Below, one piece after another: positions 26,874 through 43,039 of a stretch of DNA of 64,000 bases (position 1 is the stretch's first letter; each line of letters starts with the position of its first letter). A model generated the notes under the pieces. It did no database searches and was not told where the DNA came from. It saw only the letters and a program-made list of their open reading frames with translations. Origin of the DNA: the human T2T-CHM13v2.0 reference genome, Homo sapiens; the NCBI RefSeq assembly GCF_009914755.1, contig NC_060947.1. One strand, written 5' to 3'. The position numbers were made by a program, and so were the translations under genes.

Positions 26874-28989
26874 GTAGCATTAAGACGGTGATGTGATACA
26901 ATGTGGAGAATCTTCCACCACGGTTTGTGTACTTTGTTGTTGTTGTAAGCAGCAGCATCTTGATTAAATTTGGGACAATACACTTGAATTACTTAAATTG
27001 CATCCCTAATTATCACACGGTTCACTTGATTACCCTTTAGCACCTTGTTGCTTTTTGAGTAGCACTGGAAGAAAACGTGTTGAGAACCACTATACTGTTT
27101 CCGAAAAAGCTTTAGAATAGCAAAGCTAAGCAGAAATATTGAGCCTAGCTGCTCTGAGAGACAGTATTTATGTGGATGCATACACACGATAAAAGACTCA
27201 CCACTTTAGAGCACTCCTCTTAGGAAAAAGGGACGGGAGGTGTGATGCTTAGGACCAAATATCTAAGAGCACTACAGCTTGTTCCACCTTAATGTTCCAC
27301 TGACCTGAGGGCCTCCAGTGCTCCTTAAGTATGGCTAACATTGCATGTATATGTAGGACTTACAGGCATTTGGCCTTCTCCTGGGCTTTTTAGAAAAAAA
27401 GTCTGGGGAAACTCAGACTTGTATCAATTTAAGTCTCTGCTCAATTTAGTATTTCCTGTTCTACAATGATAGAGTGCCTTTAGAATCTTGTCTATAGACT
27501 CTGGAAACCAGTCCATTCTCATTTAAAAGGTATTGACTTTTATTTTTTTCCTTTGGGCTCTAAAATTGGCCTAATTGTATAGTTGCAGCCAGAATGAGTT
27601 TGGCTTCCAGTTTACAATCTTGTACTATGGAAGGTTTAGGATTCTTATGGTTATGCTTGAGAAGAATGAGATGTTTTCAAAATTTAGAATGTTGTTAAGG
27701 AGAAATGAACAAAAGGGGATAACTTAAATTTCCCCATTTTAATTTAGCTATTTTATGCCAAGTTTCAATCCAAAATGTCCAGATCAGTTTAGAAAATGAT
27801 TGTGTCCTTCATGTAGTCTAAAAAGTGTTACCATGCCCTGTTAAGTTTATGATTTTGATTTATTGCCAAATGTGTAATTGTTTCTAGAAGAAAATATATA
27901 ATGGATATATTGCTCTGTTCTGTAGCCATCTTTATATTCATGATTTTTAGAAATCAACAACCCACATGCTTAAAGGGTGGTAAATACACAGATATTTCCT
28001 AACAAATATTAATCTAAAAGGTTTTTTTTAGTTTGTTTCTACCTCTTATAGTAGGACTGAATTTACCTCCATCTAACCTCAAAGTTAGGCCTGATGGTGA
28101 GGACTATGTCACATTGGTAAGTCCAGGTAAAGACTGTTTATGAGTATAGCAGTATCCTCAGTATAATGTAATTTTAAATCCACACATACAAATGGGGACC
28201 AAATACGTGTAATATGGTAGTTATGTATACATCTCTACTATTCTGATGTAATGATTATGTCATGTTCACGGTATACCTTTAGGCCATTTGGGGAGCCAGC
28301 ATGTCTTTTTAAATCCCTCTCATTTTTTCTTTTAACCTTTAGAACTCTCTTTTTAATGTGATCTGGGATAGATCCAGATGATCTCTTTGTACTCCCAAGT
28401 TGCCTTGAGAAGATCCCAGTGATCAGCACCACAATTGGTCAGAAATACCCCATCTGTGATGACAAGTGAGCAGTGCTCATTTCTACCTCTGCGCTATGTG
28501 AGAACAGAAATACAGCACCAAGAACTAGATAAATCTTGAATACTAACCTTTTCATCTGTGCTGTCCATTTATACATTTCTTTGAGTCAAAGAGGGATGGA
28601 TATATTTTTCCCCTTTAAATTGGATAGCAAATGATCAGTGGGCTAGAATTCTTCATTATTCATAGATGTAATAATTTAAAAAATACAAGTGGCTTATTTT
28701 CTTAATTTTTGAAAACTCCAAACATGAAAGTAAATATTTACCATCTGAGTCTTTAAACATTGTTTATAAATGTTTTAATTCTGGCATTTTTATAGTGGTG
28801 GTCTCGGTGCATTTTATGGCAGGAAGTTTGAGAAAAATGTAAAGAACTGGTGAGGATTGGGGTGGATGTGTTTTTGAATTGCCACAGTTCTTTTGAGAAT
28901 TTCAGTGCCCCATCAATTTGCATAGACACCATTTGAATAAACATGGCCTCTGCCAACAAATACACTGAAAATAATTTTCTTTTTTAAAA

Positions 28990-29351
28990 AAAGGAAAGAG
29001 AAAATTCCAGTGAACAGTTTGCAAACTTGAGAAATGCAGCCTTCGGTATAAAACAAAGGTGTGCTCAGATAGAACAAAAAGAGGAGTTGTCTTTTATATA
29101 GAAAGTTCCCACTCTGATCCTCTTATGCAAATTAGGAATGCAAACTTGCTTACTTCTGATTGGTTGATGCAGGCCACAGACTATTGGTTAATTCAAACAA
29201 TGTAAACAGAAGCAGACAGCTATGGAAGTCCCAGAATTAAGTGAATTTAGGGGTTTTCTGGGAATGCACATGTATGATGTGCCTCTATTTTGGATTTAGG
29301 TCGTTAGCCACTCAGGATCCATCTTGAAGGATTGGCTCTTTCAGGATTCAC
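28990..29351 (-). mobile_element. ERV1-like LTR fragment (family not assigned)
   Basis: Ends ...gctctttcaggattcaca (TGTGAA start on the - strand). Contains repeated attggtt CCAAT boxes and ATGCAAAT. Confidence 0.45.
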
Positions 29352-32300
29352 ATTTCATTCCTTGTTTTGATGTTTTTCCAGAATCCCAGGTTTAAATGGA
29401 GTAATTGCTACACTTTCAAGACATCTGTCTGTTGCTTTCCTAATGTGAGGGATGTGGATTAAAGAAACAGCAGTTGCTTCTTGCTATATGATCCATTGTA
29501 CCTTATGCAAAGTTAAACATACCTAAACTCTTGGCTTTCATATTGTGACCATACCCCACTAGGACAATGCTTTCAATAGGTGTAAAACTTCCAAAGGCTT
29601 TTTCAGCTCTGGCACATCTTTGATATATCTTTTGCAATTTTTTTTTTAGGTCTGATGACTGTGTTAAACTATGGAGAAGACACATCATTTAGAGAACATT
29701 CTCTAGTGGATTGATTCTAAAATTAGACTTGTCTTAATTGGCGTAAACTCTCACCTTCTAATTATGCTAATGCCATTAAGATTTCAACAGCACAGCATCC
29801 TGAAGTTGCTGCAGACAATTGATCTGTGTTTTCTACCAGTAGCAATGATGACGCTAATTGGTAAAATTCTCCTGGACAATATTATAGGATTCTGAACTAG
29901 TATATTATTCATTTAGTTTGCATAAAACTCTCCTTCTACACTCAAATGCTCCAAAATCAGTGGCTTTTTACCCTTTATACAAAATTTTATTTCTAAGCAA
30001 CACTGTTATAAGATATTCTAAAAAATTGAATCACTAAAATGCTAAGTTTGAGCTGGGGGCATAGAGAATCGTGTTAACAAGAACCACCAGAGTTAATTTC
30101 AGCTACTAATTCTGTTGAGCTACTTTCACTTTACAAGTTCACTTCTGTTTGCCTGCCGGCAGCCAGAAAGGAAGATTTGAAATGGTTGTCCTTATGACAT
30201 CGAATTAATCTTGGAAAAAGTTGAAATCTGGTTCAATTTCATAATTTAATGTTTTAACATTCATTGACTTTCATTTGCCACCATTATACTGTCAGGAAGA
30301 TGTCTCTACCAAGTGTTACACATGTGTATATCTACAAAATGGCTGTTACCAGGAGGGAACACTATAAGGCTTCAGTATTACTTGTTGTCATCACTATTAG
30401 TGAGATTTTTTTGCTTCAGTACTCAAGAATACAAACCAGATCATTAACTGATAGAGAGGAAGAAAGATAATCTGTAGGAGGATAAATTGGAGGAGGATAT
30501 TTAACCATACAATGATAGAAGACCAGAGGTTATCTGGTCCAGTTCATGAACTACAGAAGTCTCTTCTGCCATTTCCTGGATCAAGGAGCATCCAAGCTCC
30601 AGAGATGGGGAGCATACGACCTCACCCAGTAGTCTGAGGCAGTGTGTGCCATAGGTTTACTTACTGGGAATTTTTCTTAAGTATGTCTTGTTGAAACTTC
30701 TTTTTGGTCTTGGTTTTGTTTTAGGTAACAAAGCAGAATAAATCTATTTGTACTTGCATGTGATAGATTTTTAGGATATTTAAAGATATCCATAATACTT
30801 TTGTGATGCTGAAGCCAACTCAATTTAAACTATTTCTCAGAGAGAAGATTTATTTTAGTTTTTCTATTAAGGAGCTGATTCTCCTAATTGATTTAGCCGT
30901 CAAGTAGTTGTTGAGCACATACTTTGATTAAGGCCTTACAAAGTTAAGTAATGCCTAAATTTGGCCTTAAGGGAGCTTGTCCAATAATAGAAGCTATATA
31001 CACAAATGAAGGTTACAAACTGGGCCAATACTCTTATATACATGATGATATAAAGACATCCTTAATTGATTATTTTAGCAAAATAAATGTTAGGTTTAAA
31101 AATTTTATGTTAACTATTTAGTGTATTTATAACACTGAGTGTGATAGTAATATAGCTACTTCTCCAAGTAAATCTAACTAGTTAACTTAACTATGAGCAT
31201 TTTCTTCAACATACACATGACAAAGCAAGCACTTATTTTGACCTTCCATCTTTTTTTGTAGAATTTGAAATTTTGATACTTTATTCATGTCAACATGGAC
31301 TTCTTATCGGGTTTCACAGCTAACTGAGCATTTCTTATTTATAGATTAGTGTCATTTGGTTTCTTAAATTTTTTTCTGTTTACATTTGCAAGTCCTTTGT
31401 CAATTTGAATAAAGTAGACCATAAAAGGAATAATATTTTAATACCTATAGATTATATTGCTGCTTGTCTAAGAAAATGCTTAAGCGACCTCTTATACTGT
31501 GTTCTTAGATGATATTCACTAACTTGTTTATTCTTGCTAAAATTTTCTTTAAGATTTTGTTAAGTACAGCCTTCAAATTTATACATGAGATGATTGCTAG
31601 ATGCCTGTCAGAACTATTTCATTCATATTAGTAAAAGATTGATGTAAGATAGCACTGTTATTCTAGTTCATGGTGGCTGGTGCTTGAAAGGATGTAAATA
31701 AAAATTTTTAGGACCAGTCATTGTCACTTTTAATTCGAATCGGAATAATTAAATTGGAATTAATTTAAATATGTATACAGATGGTCTTAGTGCAAAGAAA
31801 TAACTGACAAGAAAGTCCTTGAAGTTGGGTGCCTGATAGGAGAGACTACTGAGGTATTCGAAGATTTGGGGGAGAGGAAAAGTCAAATTGGAACACATCC
31901 TTAAGAATCTAAAATCTCCAGTAGACCTGCATAAGGCTTTAAAAGGTAAACACCATCAAGTACTTATTCCTGTATCATTCCACAACTCATGCATATATGT
32001 GAAGAATTGCAGAATTTTGTAAAACGTTTGTCCATATCCTGTTAGAGATCTGTCCTGCAGCTAATTTAAAACTGAACCATGTTCCTCGTTTCTGGGACTT
32101 GGCACTTGACTCATTCTCCTGTTAGGACTGTGACCTTGCTGGTCTGTGTTTCACCCCACAGATCTACATCCAGTTGTTTTGGCTAGGCCCCTGATTCTAC
32201 CTCATCTGTCTCTGAGATGGGCTGAGTTTTATAAGTGGGCTGGAGAAAACCACCATGGTAGCAGCAGACCAATTTCTCCATCTACTTAGGGACTTTATTC

Positions 32301-34166
32301 CCAGCATCCAGATTTTCTTTTCCTTCTTGCTCCTTTTCCTTCATGAGGGACCTCACATTTATTGATACAACTCTCTGCAGCCTCCAGGGGTCCTCATAAA
32401 ACTTCTTTCCAGCCTCTCAGGGGTATGAGAAAATTGAGACTCAAGAGGTGCAAGGATGAGCACTTGAACCTCAGCCAGATGATATTTCTGAACTACTGCC
32501 GCTCATGTGCATAACCTGATAAGAAGCCATGGTCAGGAGGGATCCAGGAAGTGAGCCCCTCCCCCAAGCACAAGCATGAAGACATTTATCTAGGGCAAAG
32601 GCCACAAGGGGAGAAGGATGTGGCCCCTGGGTCGGGGTGGGAGAACAAGCATAGCCCTGGTTCTGACTCCATGGTGATCTTCCAGGCAGTGAACTTGAAT
32701 ACCTGCTGCCTGGACTCTTGCTGTCTCTTCAGATTATCCTTCCTCTCTCTCTCTCTCTTTAATCTGCCTTATATAGATGTGTACTTGGGAATACTTCTAT
32801 GACATAACTTCCTTCCATGAAAATAAATTATACCTTTACTTGGAACCCTGAAGTTTGGAAGAGAAAGGAGCTAATTAGTCCAGTCAATTAAGTCAATTTT
32901 AAGTTAATTTTAAATGAAACACACCCCTAGATCTAGTTTGAATTTTTTACCTTGGGTGCAAGGATTTTCTAGTTGAGGCCAAGATGCCCTCAAAGGTAGA
33001 AAAATACTATGAAATACCTCTTCTGTTAGGCTTTGGCAAGACTTTTGGGGGCAGAGGTGGTGTCATAAAGGGATCTTCTATACTATTTCCATTTCCTGAG
33101 GAAGATGATGTAGGTCTCTGGTTACATTTCTTAAGAAATTCACACCATTTCCCATCTCAGTTGATGAAAATTAATGCTCTTTTGTTCTTAGAAACATCCT
33201 TGCCGGAAAGAGAGGAAAAGTAAATTCTGGAATAATCTAAAATGATGATGATGATACTTAATGTCTATTGAACACTTACTATATGCCCCATGCTATGTGT
33301 TAACCTCATTCAGTCCTTAGTATAACCTTGTGAAAAAAGTATGAATATTATCTTCATTTGTAGATGAGGAAATTGAAGCAGAAATAACTTGTCCCAAGTT
33401 CTACAGCAATAAATTGCAGAGTAGGACTCAAACGCAACTCTGTCTCACCCCAAAGCCCATTTTCTAAAACACTGTTACCACTAGCTATGTGGGCCCTTCC
33501 AGTTGAGGTAGGCCATGGTTCTGAGTGGCCCTGTGCTGTGCAGGCCTTTATGAGTAGTACCCCATGAAGTTCATCACAAACTTCCCATTTCTGGCAAAGG
33601 ATTCTATTATTCATTTTCAGGTGAAACTTTTAAAAGTCCTTCTTTGTAGCCCCATTAATTTTATGCATTTGCTAATTAGGGTTTTTTTTCATTTTGTTAT
33701 TTATTTATTTATTTATTTATTTATTTTGCAAAACATAAGGGGGCTATACCCCAGAATCAGGCCACATTTGAGTGCAATAAACCTCTCACTGTTGATCAGA
33801 ACAGCTAAGTATACCTGCCCTGTCCACTGTTTAATAAGTCAACCTACTTAACAGCAGGACAGAAGCCATTTTCTTTTATTGTTTTCTTTTCCCTTGCTCA
33901 TACAAAATTCTTTCATAACTATCACCCTGACTTTGAGTGAATAACCGTTACTCATTCTCTTCTCGTAGAGAAACATTTAAAATTGCAAGTTACTTTCTGT
34001 TCAAACAGTTGTCCCTGTTCAAAATCAAATTTCTTGCACTTAGGATCAGTGAGACTGCTAAGCAAATCCCCAAGATAAGTTTTGGATGAGAATGAACTCA
34101 AAGATCAGAGCATCATGGAAAATGGTGGAACTCCAGCCCCAAGGCTATCATATTGAGCAGAAGTGA

Positions 34167-34617
<451 letters not shown>

Positions 34618-37600
34618 TGAAGAAACATCACGGGACAAATAGCCAAGATGTTACAAAGCACATGACTATGTAAGAAATAACCCCTTCATAATTGAGGCTC
34701 ATTGTTACATCCTGACTTTCTGGGAGGTGTTTCCTTAGCTAGCAACCCTGGAAGTTCCTGTGTCCTGGTTAGGATTTCAGCTTACTGCTGCTGTTGGTGT
34801 CTTGCAAATTGGCCTTTGGGTATTCTAGTGGGCAGATTTCCTTCCTGTAAAATTCCAAAAATACTGTTTTTAATTCATATGACCTGTATGTTCCCATGAA
34901 TACAGTTATTCTGATGTTGCTTTAACCTTGTGCACCATGGCAAATATTTGCTTCCTCTAAAACTCCCTCCCCAGTTTGCTTCCGTTTTACACGCTCAAGG
35001 CCAGTCTATTCTAAAAGAGATATATAATCTTGTGTCCTTGCTCCTAGACTTAGAAATGTCATGGCTATCATTGCTTCAGTTCAACCCCAGATCCCTTGGG
35101 TGGCCCAGCTCAGCAGAGCTTGTTTTCCTTCATGTGCTGCTTAGTTATTGTTGAGGCTGCTGAACTCACTTTTTCCTTCCCAGTGCCTCTTGAAACCCAG
35201 CCATCTTTCCCCACAGGAGAGTAAGACCCTGCTGATAGGAATCTTCCCATGTGCCACATGCACACAGCAGTTTGCCAACGTGGATGGCTGCCAATGGTTT
35301 TCTCCTAGTTGCAAGTTTATTTTCCCTGGATGGCAGTGCTGTGCCACACGGGTGGTCCGTGACACACTAGGCTTCCCATTGATAGAAGCTTCTTTGTGGA
35401 GAAGTGCCTCTGGTGTACTTGGGGTTCCCACAGACATATGTGACAGTTGAATAAGTGAAAAAATATTTTCATATTTTAGTGATTTTTAGCTTATTTTGCA
35501 GCAGAAGGATGTGTCAATATTAGTGTACGCTATAGGCCCCTCAAGAGGTAACAGATTGCTCCAGCCCCGGGGGACTTCACTGACTGTTACATCAGACCTG
35601 GAGCCACCAGAGAGCACCCTATAGGCAGCCACCCATGATTGGCCTATTAATGAAAGTGTTAAGGATTCCACACTATGTACCCCTACTTTGTAGGGCATGG
35701 CATGGGTCCCTGGCTAACTCTGCAAAGCAGGGAGAATGAGCACCTTCCTACAACTGCACGTTAGGGAGCTATACCTCTCTCCCCGCTAACTTCCCACTTC
35801 TGGTAAAATGCTACAGTCTTTAATCTTCTGCCCATTTTTAAAAAATTGAAATTGTATTGACTTACCTCCTTCACCCTATGTGACTTTCTCTCTCCAAAAT
35901 CACAGGGCAGGCCCCCTATGGTACAATCTGAGTGCTACCTATAAAAAGGTTTTTCACACTGTGGGTTACAAAGATCATCTTAGTGAGTCATGATCAACAT
36001 TTTAAAATATTGAATACAATGGAGTAGAAAATAGAATACATGCTCATAGTGAGGGTAAGTATTGTTTTGAGAAAGCCATGTTTAAGCTGTATATGTGTAC
36101 GTATATGGATATTCAGCATAAATCTGATTTTTTATGTAGATCGTGGTCAAGTCTGGAAGCCCCTGATTGTAGAGCCCTATCTTCTACCTTAGTCTCAAAG
36201 TACCTACCATTCCCATCAGCTTGCCTTTAAAGTTGGGCCAGCTCCTGCTCTGCAAAGCCTCAATTGTGTGGAACCTTCCTTAATTATATGGGCCTTGGGC
36301 ACTCCAGGTCTTAAATCATTAAAGACAGATTAAATTATGGCCACACTGCATGTTCTAAGGCAAGGGGTGTACTCATGGGCTTCAGATTTTTTTGAATTAA
36401 GACAAATTGGTCTTCTATTAATTCTTGGTTAATAAGAAAATTCAATTTAGCCCAGTATGATGCTCTGTAAGCATTTTGGATATTCAAGGCTTTCTCTGGA
36501 ATGCAGGGGTTTAAGACATACAGCAAGCAGGGACTTTGCTGGGGAAAGACGAAGTGTCTTTTCTTTTCATGCTTTAATAGGTAGAAAGAAGCCTCCTAGT
36601 GTACATGGAGAAATATATTTAGCTATCTTTACGACACCCTTTGCCTCTGACTGATTATATGGATAAGGAATTGTTTTAGCAAGCTCTCCCCAGCCACATC
36701 TAGAAAGTCTCCTCAAAGGCATGTTTATTTAGTCTTTAGAAGGGACTTCTCGTGTGATAATGAGATAAGAATAGCAGCAACTCTGGGTTATTGGGCATTT
36801 AGTGTTAGTCACAGACCTAAGTGATTTACTTTACATTATTTCATCTGATCCTTGTAACAGCCCCCCTGAGGTGTCTGTTGTCATCCCCCTTTTACAGAGA
36901 AAAAAAATAAACTGGGTACTAAGGAAGTTATGTAACTTGTCCAAGGTCACATACCTGTGAGTGGTGGAGAGGGGATTCCACTGAGCGTAGCACACAAGTC
37001 CAGCATTCATATGCCATGTGAGATGGCCACTTTACATCGTCTGATTTGGTTCTTATATTTTCCCTTCTGCCTGGAATATTCTCTCTTGTTCATCCCCAGC
37101 CATCAGAATCCATTCTATCTCGTAGGCCCTAGTTTGAATCCCACCTTTTGTGAAATCTTTTTTTGCTTTTCCTGGTGAGAAGTGATTTCCTGCTCTCTGT
37201 ACTCTTGTGGCACATGGTTGTCTCTCTCTTGGCACATCACATTCTGCCACATACTGGGTTACTGTTAGATGTAAATATGACCCGTTCTTGGGTTGCGGTT
37301 CTTATGGGATGGTTCTATTGCTTCTTCTTTGGTTTGGGTGAGAATGTATGCACTGTCTTCATCAGTGGGGTCTGCTTTGGCAACTTCAAGTTCAGGCTTA
37401 GTCTTTCCCTCATCTCTGAGCAATGATTCATGTCCTAAAGGGATGAGAGTATTTTTTTTCTCACTTTCATTGTAATTGCCACATTTCATATGAGGACCAC
37501 TTATTTTCTAATTGTGATTCTATTTACCAGAATTCTTCTAGATTTTTCTAGATTCTTCTTTCTGGATTCTTCTAGAAAACTCAGCCATGAATGAGATAGG

Positions 37601-40304
37601 ATTTTAAAAAATATATACCCAAGTAAAAATGGACAGTTTTGTACTACAATGGATCTGTCCCATATTTTACTGTCATGTGCCTTCATGGGTTTTGAAATGG
37701 AGCAAGGAGGATGCCAGGAGAAGGAGAAGTAGGTTTAAAACATGATGGTGTGAAAACTGAATTTTCATTGCATTTTAGAAGCCTGAAGGTAATTGAAATT
37801 TAGTTTTTCAGGATTGAATGTTTAGGGTGCCTTTCTTTTAGGGGAAGGGAAACTACCATTTCTTTAGCCCCTTCTCTGTGCTGGACTCCACATTTAACAT
37901 GTTTCTGCTTCTCCTGGCTTCTTCCTCACCCGCTTTCAAAACTCATAAATAGCATAATAGCGAAATATGAGAACAAAAGGGCAACTCCCAAGATTGCATC
38001 TTATTGTGTTTACAGATATGGAAACTGAGGCTCAGTGAGATTGTACTCAAATCAGCTAGGTACTTATTACCTATCTGATAAAGCCTGAAATGGAACCCAG
38101 GCCAACTTTACCCCAAAGCTCTTTGTCCACAGCATTTACTGTTCAAGGAGAAGCCTGGAAATTTTCTGTTTGTGATGAGAGAGAGACTTTCAGTGGACAT
38201 CTCCTCAACAAGCAAGCCCTTCCTTCCCTTGCCAAAGCTGACTTGATTAAATCACATATTCTTTAAGAAGAGTCACTATTTTATTGCCTTTTAAAGGTAT
38301 TTTCTCTCTTAAAATGCTAACATTTAACTACAGAATATGCATTTAAAATTAAATTATAAGAAGTCTGGCATTTACTGTGTAGGAAGGAAAGATTGGAGAA
38401 AGATCTATCTCACACTTCTCAAATCACATTAAGTAGGAGACATCTTCCTATGAGCTGAGGCTGATTCTGCTTTGGAGGTTGAATAACAGTGGTTAGAAGT
38501 ACATTTCTTAAGCACTTGTATGTTTCAGGCACAATACTAAGCACTTTAGCTATATTTCATTTAATACCCACTATACCTCTGTGAGATTGGTTATCCTCAT
38601 TTACATGAGGTAAGGGAGGCTTTGCCCAAGGTCATCTGTTAGGTATTCATGGGAGCTGGGTTTTGTGCCTGGTCAGATTAAAAGCCAAAGCGTGTGCTCA
38701 GTCTTTCTGCTAGAGGATTTGTGTGTAGAATCTTGGCCTTGGATACTTGGTACACAACCTCCCAGTGGGAGATCTCAAGTATGTTTGCAGCATGATTAAT
38801 GCCCAGAGTGCAGCCCCCTCTCCAAGAATTTCTACTGTCTGCAGTTCTGAAGAGAGGCTTTGAACTTTCATAAGTGAAGGTTTTCTCTTCCAGGTGTGTG
38901 TTTGTAGTTGAAGAACAAAGAAAACTGTGCGATACTAGTAATGCAAGTTCCCTTGGGAAGGCATGTATGTTGTTCTTAACTGCTGAACCTATTATTGCTT
39001 ATCTTTACCTTCAGGGTGGCGTTGACAGAGTTAACTATGACGAAAGGAGTCCAAACCCCTCTCTGAAGGAAGTAGCTGTCCTCTGACCATCTCTACCCGA
39101 TAGCGGAGTTCTCTCTGTGATGCCCTTCTCTGGTATACCCTAAAACTGAAATCTTAGAAAAGAACTATGTGCCTCTTTCCTCCTCCTTCCTTTCACTCTC
39201 CCCTCTTAATTCACCTTCTGATCCTTTCTTTAAATTTTGTTCATGTACTCCTTCAAACTCTCACCAACAATAAGGTCTGAATTTTGTCTGATGGTATGTA
39301 ATTTTCACGGTGCTTTCCCATTTTGTCCCCATGATGCAGACATTATCTTCATTTTGCAGATTGGAGGTTGAGGCTCGGAGGTCTTAGCCAAGATCACAGC
39401 AAAGGTAGGATGAAAGAGAGAGTAAATAGGTACCGGAAAAGGAAAGAAGAAATGCTTTTCTCCTGGAATTTCCTCCTTCTAGTCTTTTGGAAAGTCCTCT
39501 TACCATTTTTTCTCAGGCCTTATGAAGCCTTTCTCCACTAGCTGATGCCTCATGCTGCTACTGCCTCTTCATTTTCATTACAAAGTATAAAATCATTATT
39601 TCACTTAGGTACAAAGAGCTCTCCTCCTTTTACAGTAGATACTTGTCATGTTTCTCCTGAAAGCCATTAACAATTTCTGTTTTTCTGTTTCCGGCATGCT
39701 CTGGGGTGTGCGTTTGTGTTGCCAGAGTGAATGTGCAGCTTCTCTTCAACCCTGTCTGCAGTGGTTCCCAGAGATTAAAGGGAGCACACCTTGAGGTTAT
39801 TTGTATGATTAAATTGAGCAGCTGTGGCTAGGACATTTCAAGATTGGACTGGGGATTCAGGGTGACTGTGACTAATTGAAAAACTCAACAAAATGATGTT
39901 GAATAAGGACAAGTGGACAATACCATCATGAGAGGAAAAAAGCCACCCAATCTCCCAGTGGGTATTTATAGGACAATTATGCTTTGCTCATTATTGTGCT
40001 GAGTACTGAGGTTGACTCAGAAAAAGCTGAGAGGTTGTCTCTACTCTCCAAGAGTTTAAAATCTAGTTGGAGAGCAAAGACCTAAACACACGAAACAAAT
40101 AAGGAAGGAATAAATGGCTATAAACAGTGGCCTTTGTAATCTATGGTGCTCAGAGAAATAGACTTAAATGCCGCAAAATCCAGAGGATGAAAGATTCAAT
40201 AAGAAACAACCTCTGACCAAACCAAGGCTCCTGCTACTGAGAAGGTGCACATGTAAATGATTAAGATAGAGTGTAATCACATAATACAAACAACTACAAG
40301 AGTA

Positions 40305-40545
40305 AGCAGCTGGAGGGCAGTGGTTAAAAGCATAGACTGCAGTGATGCTGCTTGGGTTCAAATCCTGTCCCTGGCATTTCCTGATCATGTAATCTTGGGC
40401 AGTTTATTTAACCACTCCTTACCTCCATTTCCTCATCTGTAAAATGGGGAGTAATAATCCTACCTCCCATGAGGTAGGATTATTATAAGGGTTGAATAAG
40501 TTGATACATGCTTCTGAGAGTTCCTAGCCCATGGCAGTGCTTTGT
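40305..40545 (+). mobile_element. MIR SINE
   Basis: gtggttaaaagcatagact...gggttcaaatcct...tttcctcatctgtaaaatgggg. Confidence 0.85.
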
Positions 40546-41170
40546 ATGCTGTGGTGATAGTGATGATGATGATGTCAGTGACCAGCAGCCCAGAAAGGGG
40601 AGAGAACCTCTGCTGGGGAAGAATGGGATGGAGAGTGGGGAAACTTGCACAATGGGTCCTTAGCAAAGTTTCTTAAATGTCCAGGCAGATGATGAGGAAA
40701 GACACAAAATTACATGATAGGTTGGTAAGGGGGCTGCAGCTTGTTGGGTATTGTTGCAGCGTCAGGTTTGAGTATAAGGGATTCAAATCCTGGGAGAAGA
40801 TATAACCCACATTGGGCTATAAAGGATGGGTAGAACATTAGTAGTGGAGGAGGAGGGCTTTTCAGTATGAACAAAGGTATACAGTTGGGCTGTTTGTTCA
40901 AATAAATATAAAAAAGGATGTGTAAATAAAGCAAAAAAAGCCACAAGGGGGGGAATGTGTCTGCAATGTGGTTGGTAGCTAAGACTCAGCAGAAAGTACT
41001 TAATACTGAAACATCACATTGAGATTTAGCCTATATTAAACTAAAATCTCCCCAATTTTACTAAGAAAAGCAAAATTGTTAGAATGGAAGCTGGGTGTGA
41101 CAGGAAAAAGATCAGTTCCAAAGGGACAAAGTATAGGTTAAGGAGTGAAATTTTAAAAAATTTAAACCAG

Positions 41171-41696
<526 letters not shown>

Positions 41697-42239
41697 TTAA
41701 CGGGGCCCAAACTCCCTCTTCTTCTCAAACTGTGCTGACCTCAGTAAACTATGCACAGGAGAGAGGTTTTGTTTCAGTAGGGTGATGTATAGGCTAAAAT
41801 TATTCTGAGTCACCTGTTTGGGGGAACATTTTGCTGAGAAGTGCTGATGCTTCTGACCTTGAGCTTAAGGAATAGCTGCACTGTTGTTCTGGTGACATTC
41901 TATGATGTTAAATCTTTATTTCAACCTTGTGTGACCAGACAGTTTACTGGGAATGAGGAGAAAGCACACTAGTATCAAAATAAATCTTCATATAGTCTAT
42001 CATAGCTTGTTTTTTCAGATAATGAGTGTCCCTTTCGATTTATATCTTTTGCATTTCCTTAATGAATTTTGATTTTCAGAATAAATTAAGTATTGTCACT
42101 ATATACAGTCCTGATAAGGCTGACCTTGTTCCCCAGAGACTCTTTTACACTGCCCTCAACCCCCGTCTGTAATAGAAGTTGTTTAGAGGCCTTTAAAGGT
42201 GACATTTTGAAGCAATCTGTAGGGATGAATAAATGACGT

Positions 42240-42600
42240 GGATTCTAGTCCTGGCTCTGCCTCCAACTCACTGTGTGATCTTAGGCAAATATTTTGCCTC
42301 TCCAAGCCTCAATCTTCTCATTTGTAAAATTGTGAGGGTTGGACTAGAGATGATATTGATGAAGATAGTAGCTAACATTGATTGAATGCTTCTGATGTAC
42401 AAGGTGTTATTCCAAGCACTTTATAAATATCAATTTGTTTAATCCTCCCATCAGCCTTGTCAGGCAGGTACTCGATCATCATTGACTCCCTCTTACAGAT
42501 GAGGGAATGCACACACACAGGTCACTTGCCAAAGGTCTCCCGGCCGGTAAGTGGTGTGGAACAGGATTATTCTAACCCAGGAAGACAACCCCTAAGCCTG
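42240..42600. mobile_element. Two MIRs in opposite orientation
   Basis: gcctcaatcttctcatttgtaaaat (+), then cttacagatgagggaa...cacttgccaaaggtc (-). Confidence 0.7.
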
Positions 42601-43039
42601 CTCTCATGGCCACTGTGGCCTCCTGCCCCTCACTGTCTTGCTGCTGACAGTGATGTCTAATGTGGTATCCAGTGAGGGTTTAGAAAATGTCATGACATCC
42701 GTATTTGCAGTGAAGTCACCCCACCCATCTGCACTCATACACCAACACCAGTTTGATCCTACTCAGGCTGCTCATTGCTACTGTGATGTTTGGCATCACT
42801 TCAGTTGGCTGGAGTAGGGACAGGGGCAGCCTTGGAGCCCTTGCTAATTCCCAGGAGCTTCTAATTCTGCTGCTCTGTGAGCCCATTGCTTCCTGGATGG
42901 GTCTGTCCACCTTGACAGGGTCCCCACAGTAATCCTATGGTAGACCTGCAAACAAAGGAGTTGACAAATTTTATGCCTCTTCCAAGAGCTCAATTTAAAA
43001 CAGCTGCTATTGCTGATTTGCAAATGAATGACAAAGCTG

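Noticed and set aside
28421-28442. Possible REST/RE1 site (atcagcaccac)
   Set aside because: Only the left half-site matches. The GGACAG right half is absent.
37528-37580. Short repeats of (a/g)attcttctag resembling a mini array
   Set aside because: It is a degenerate ~10-bp tandem repeat without unique spacers, so not CRISPR-like.
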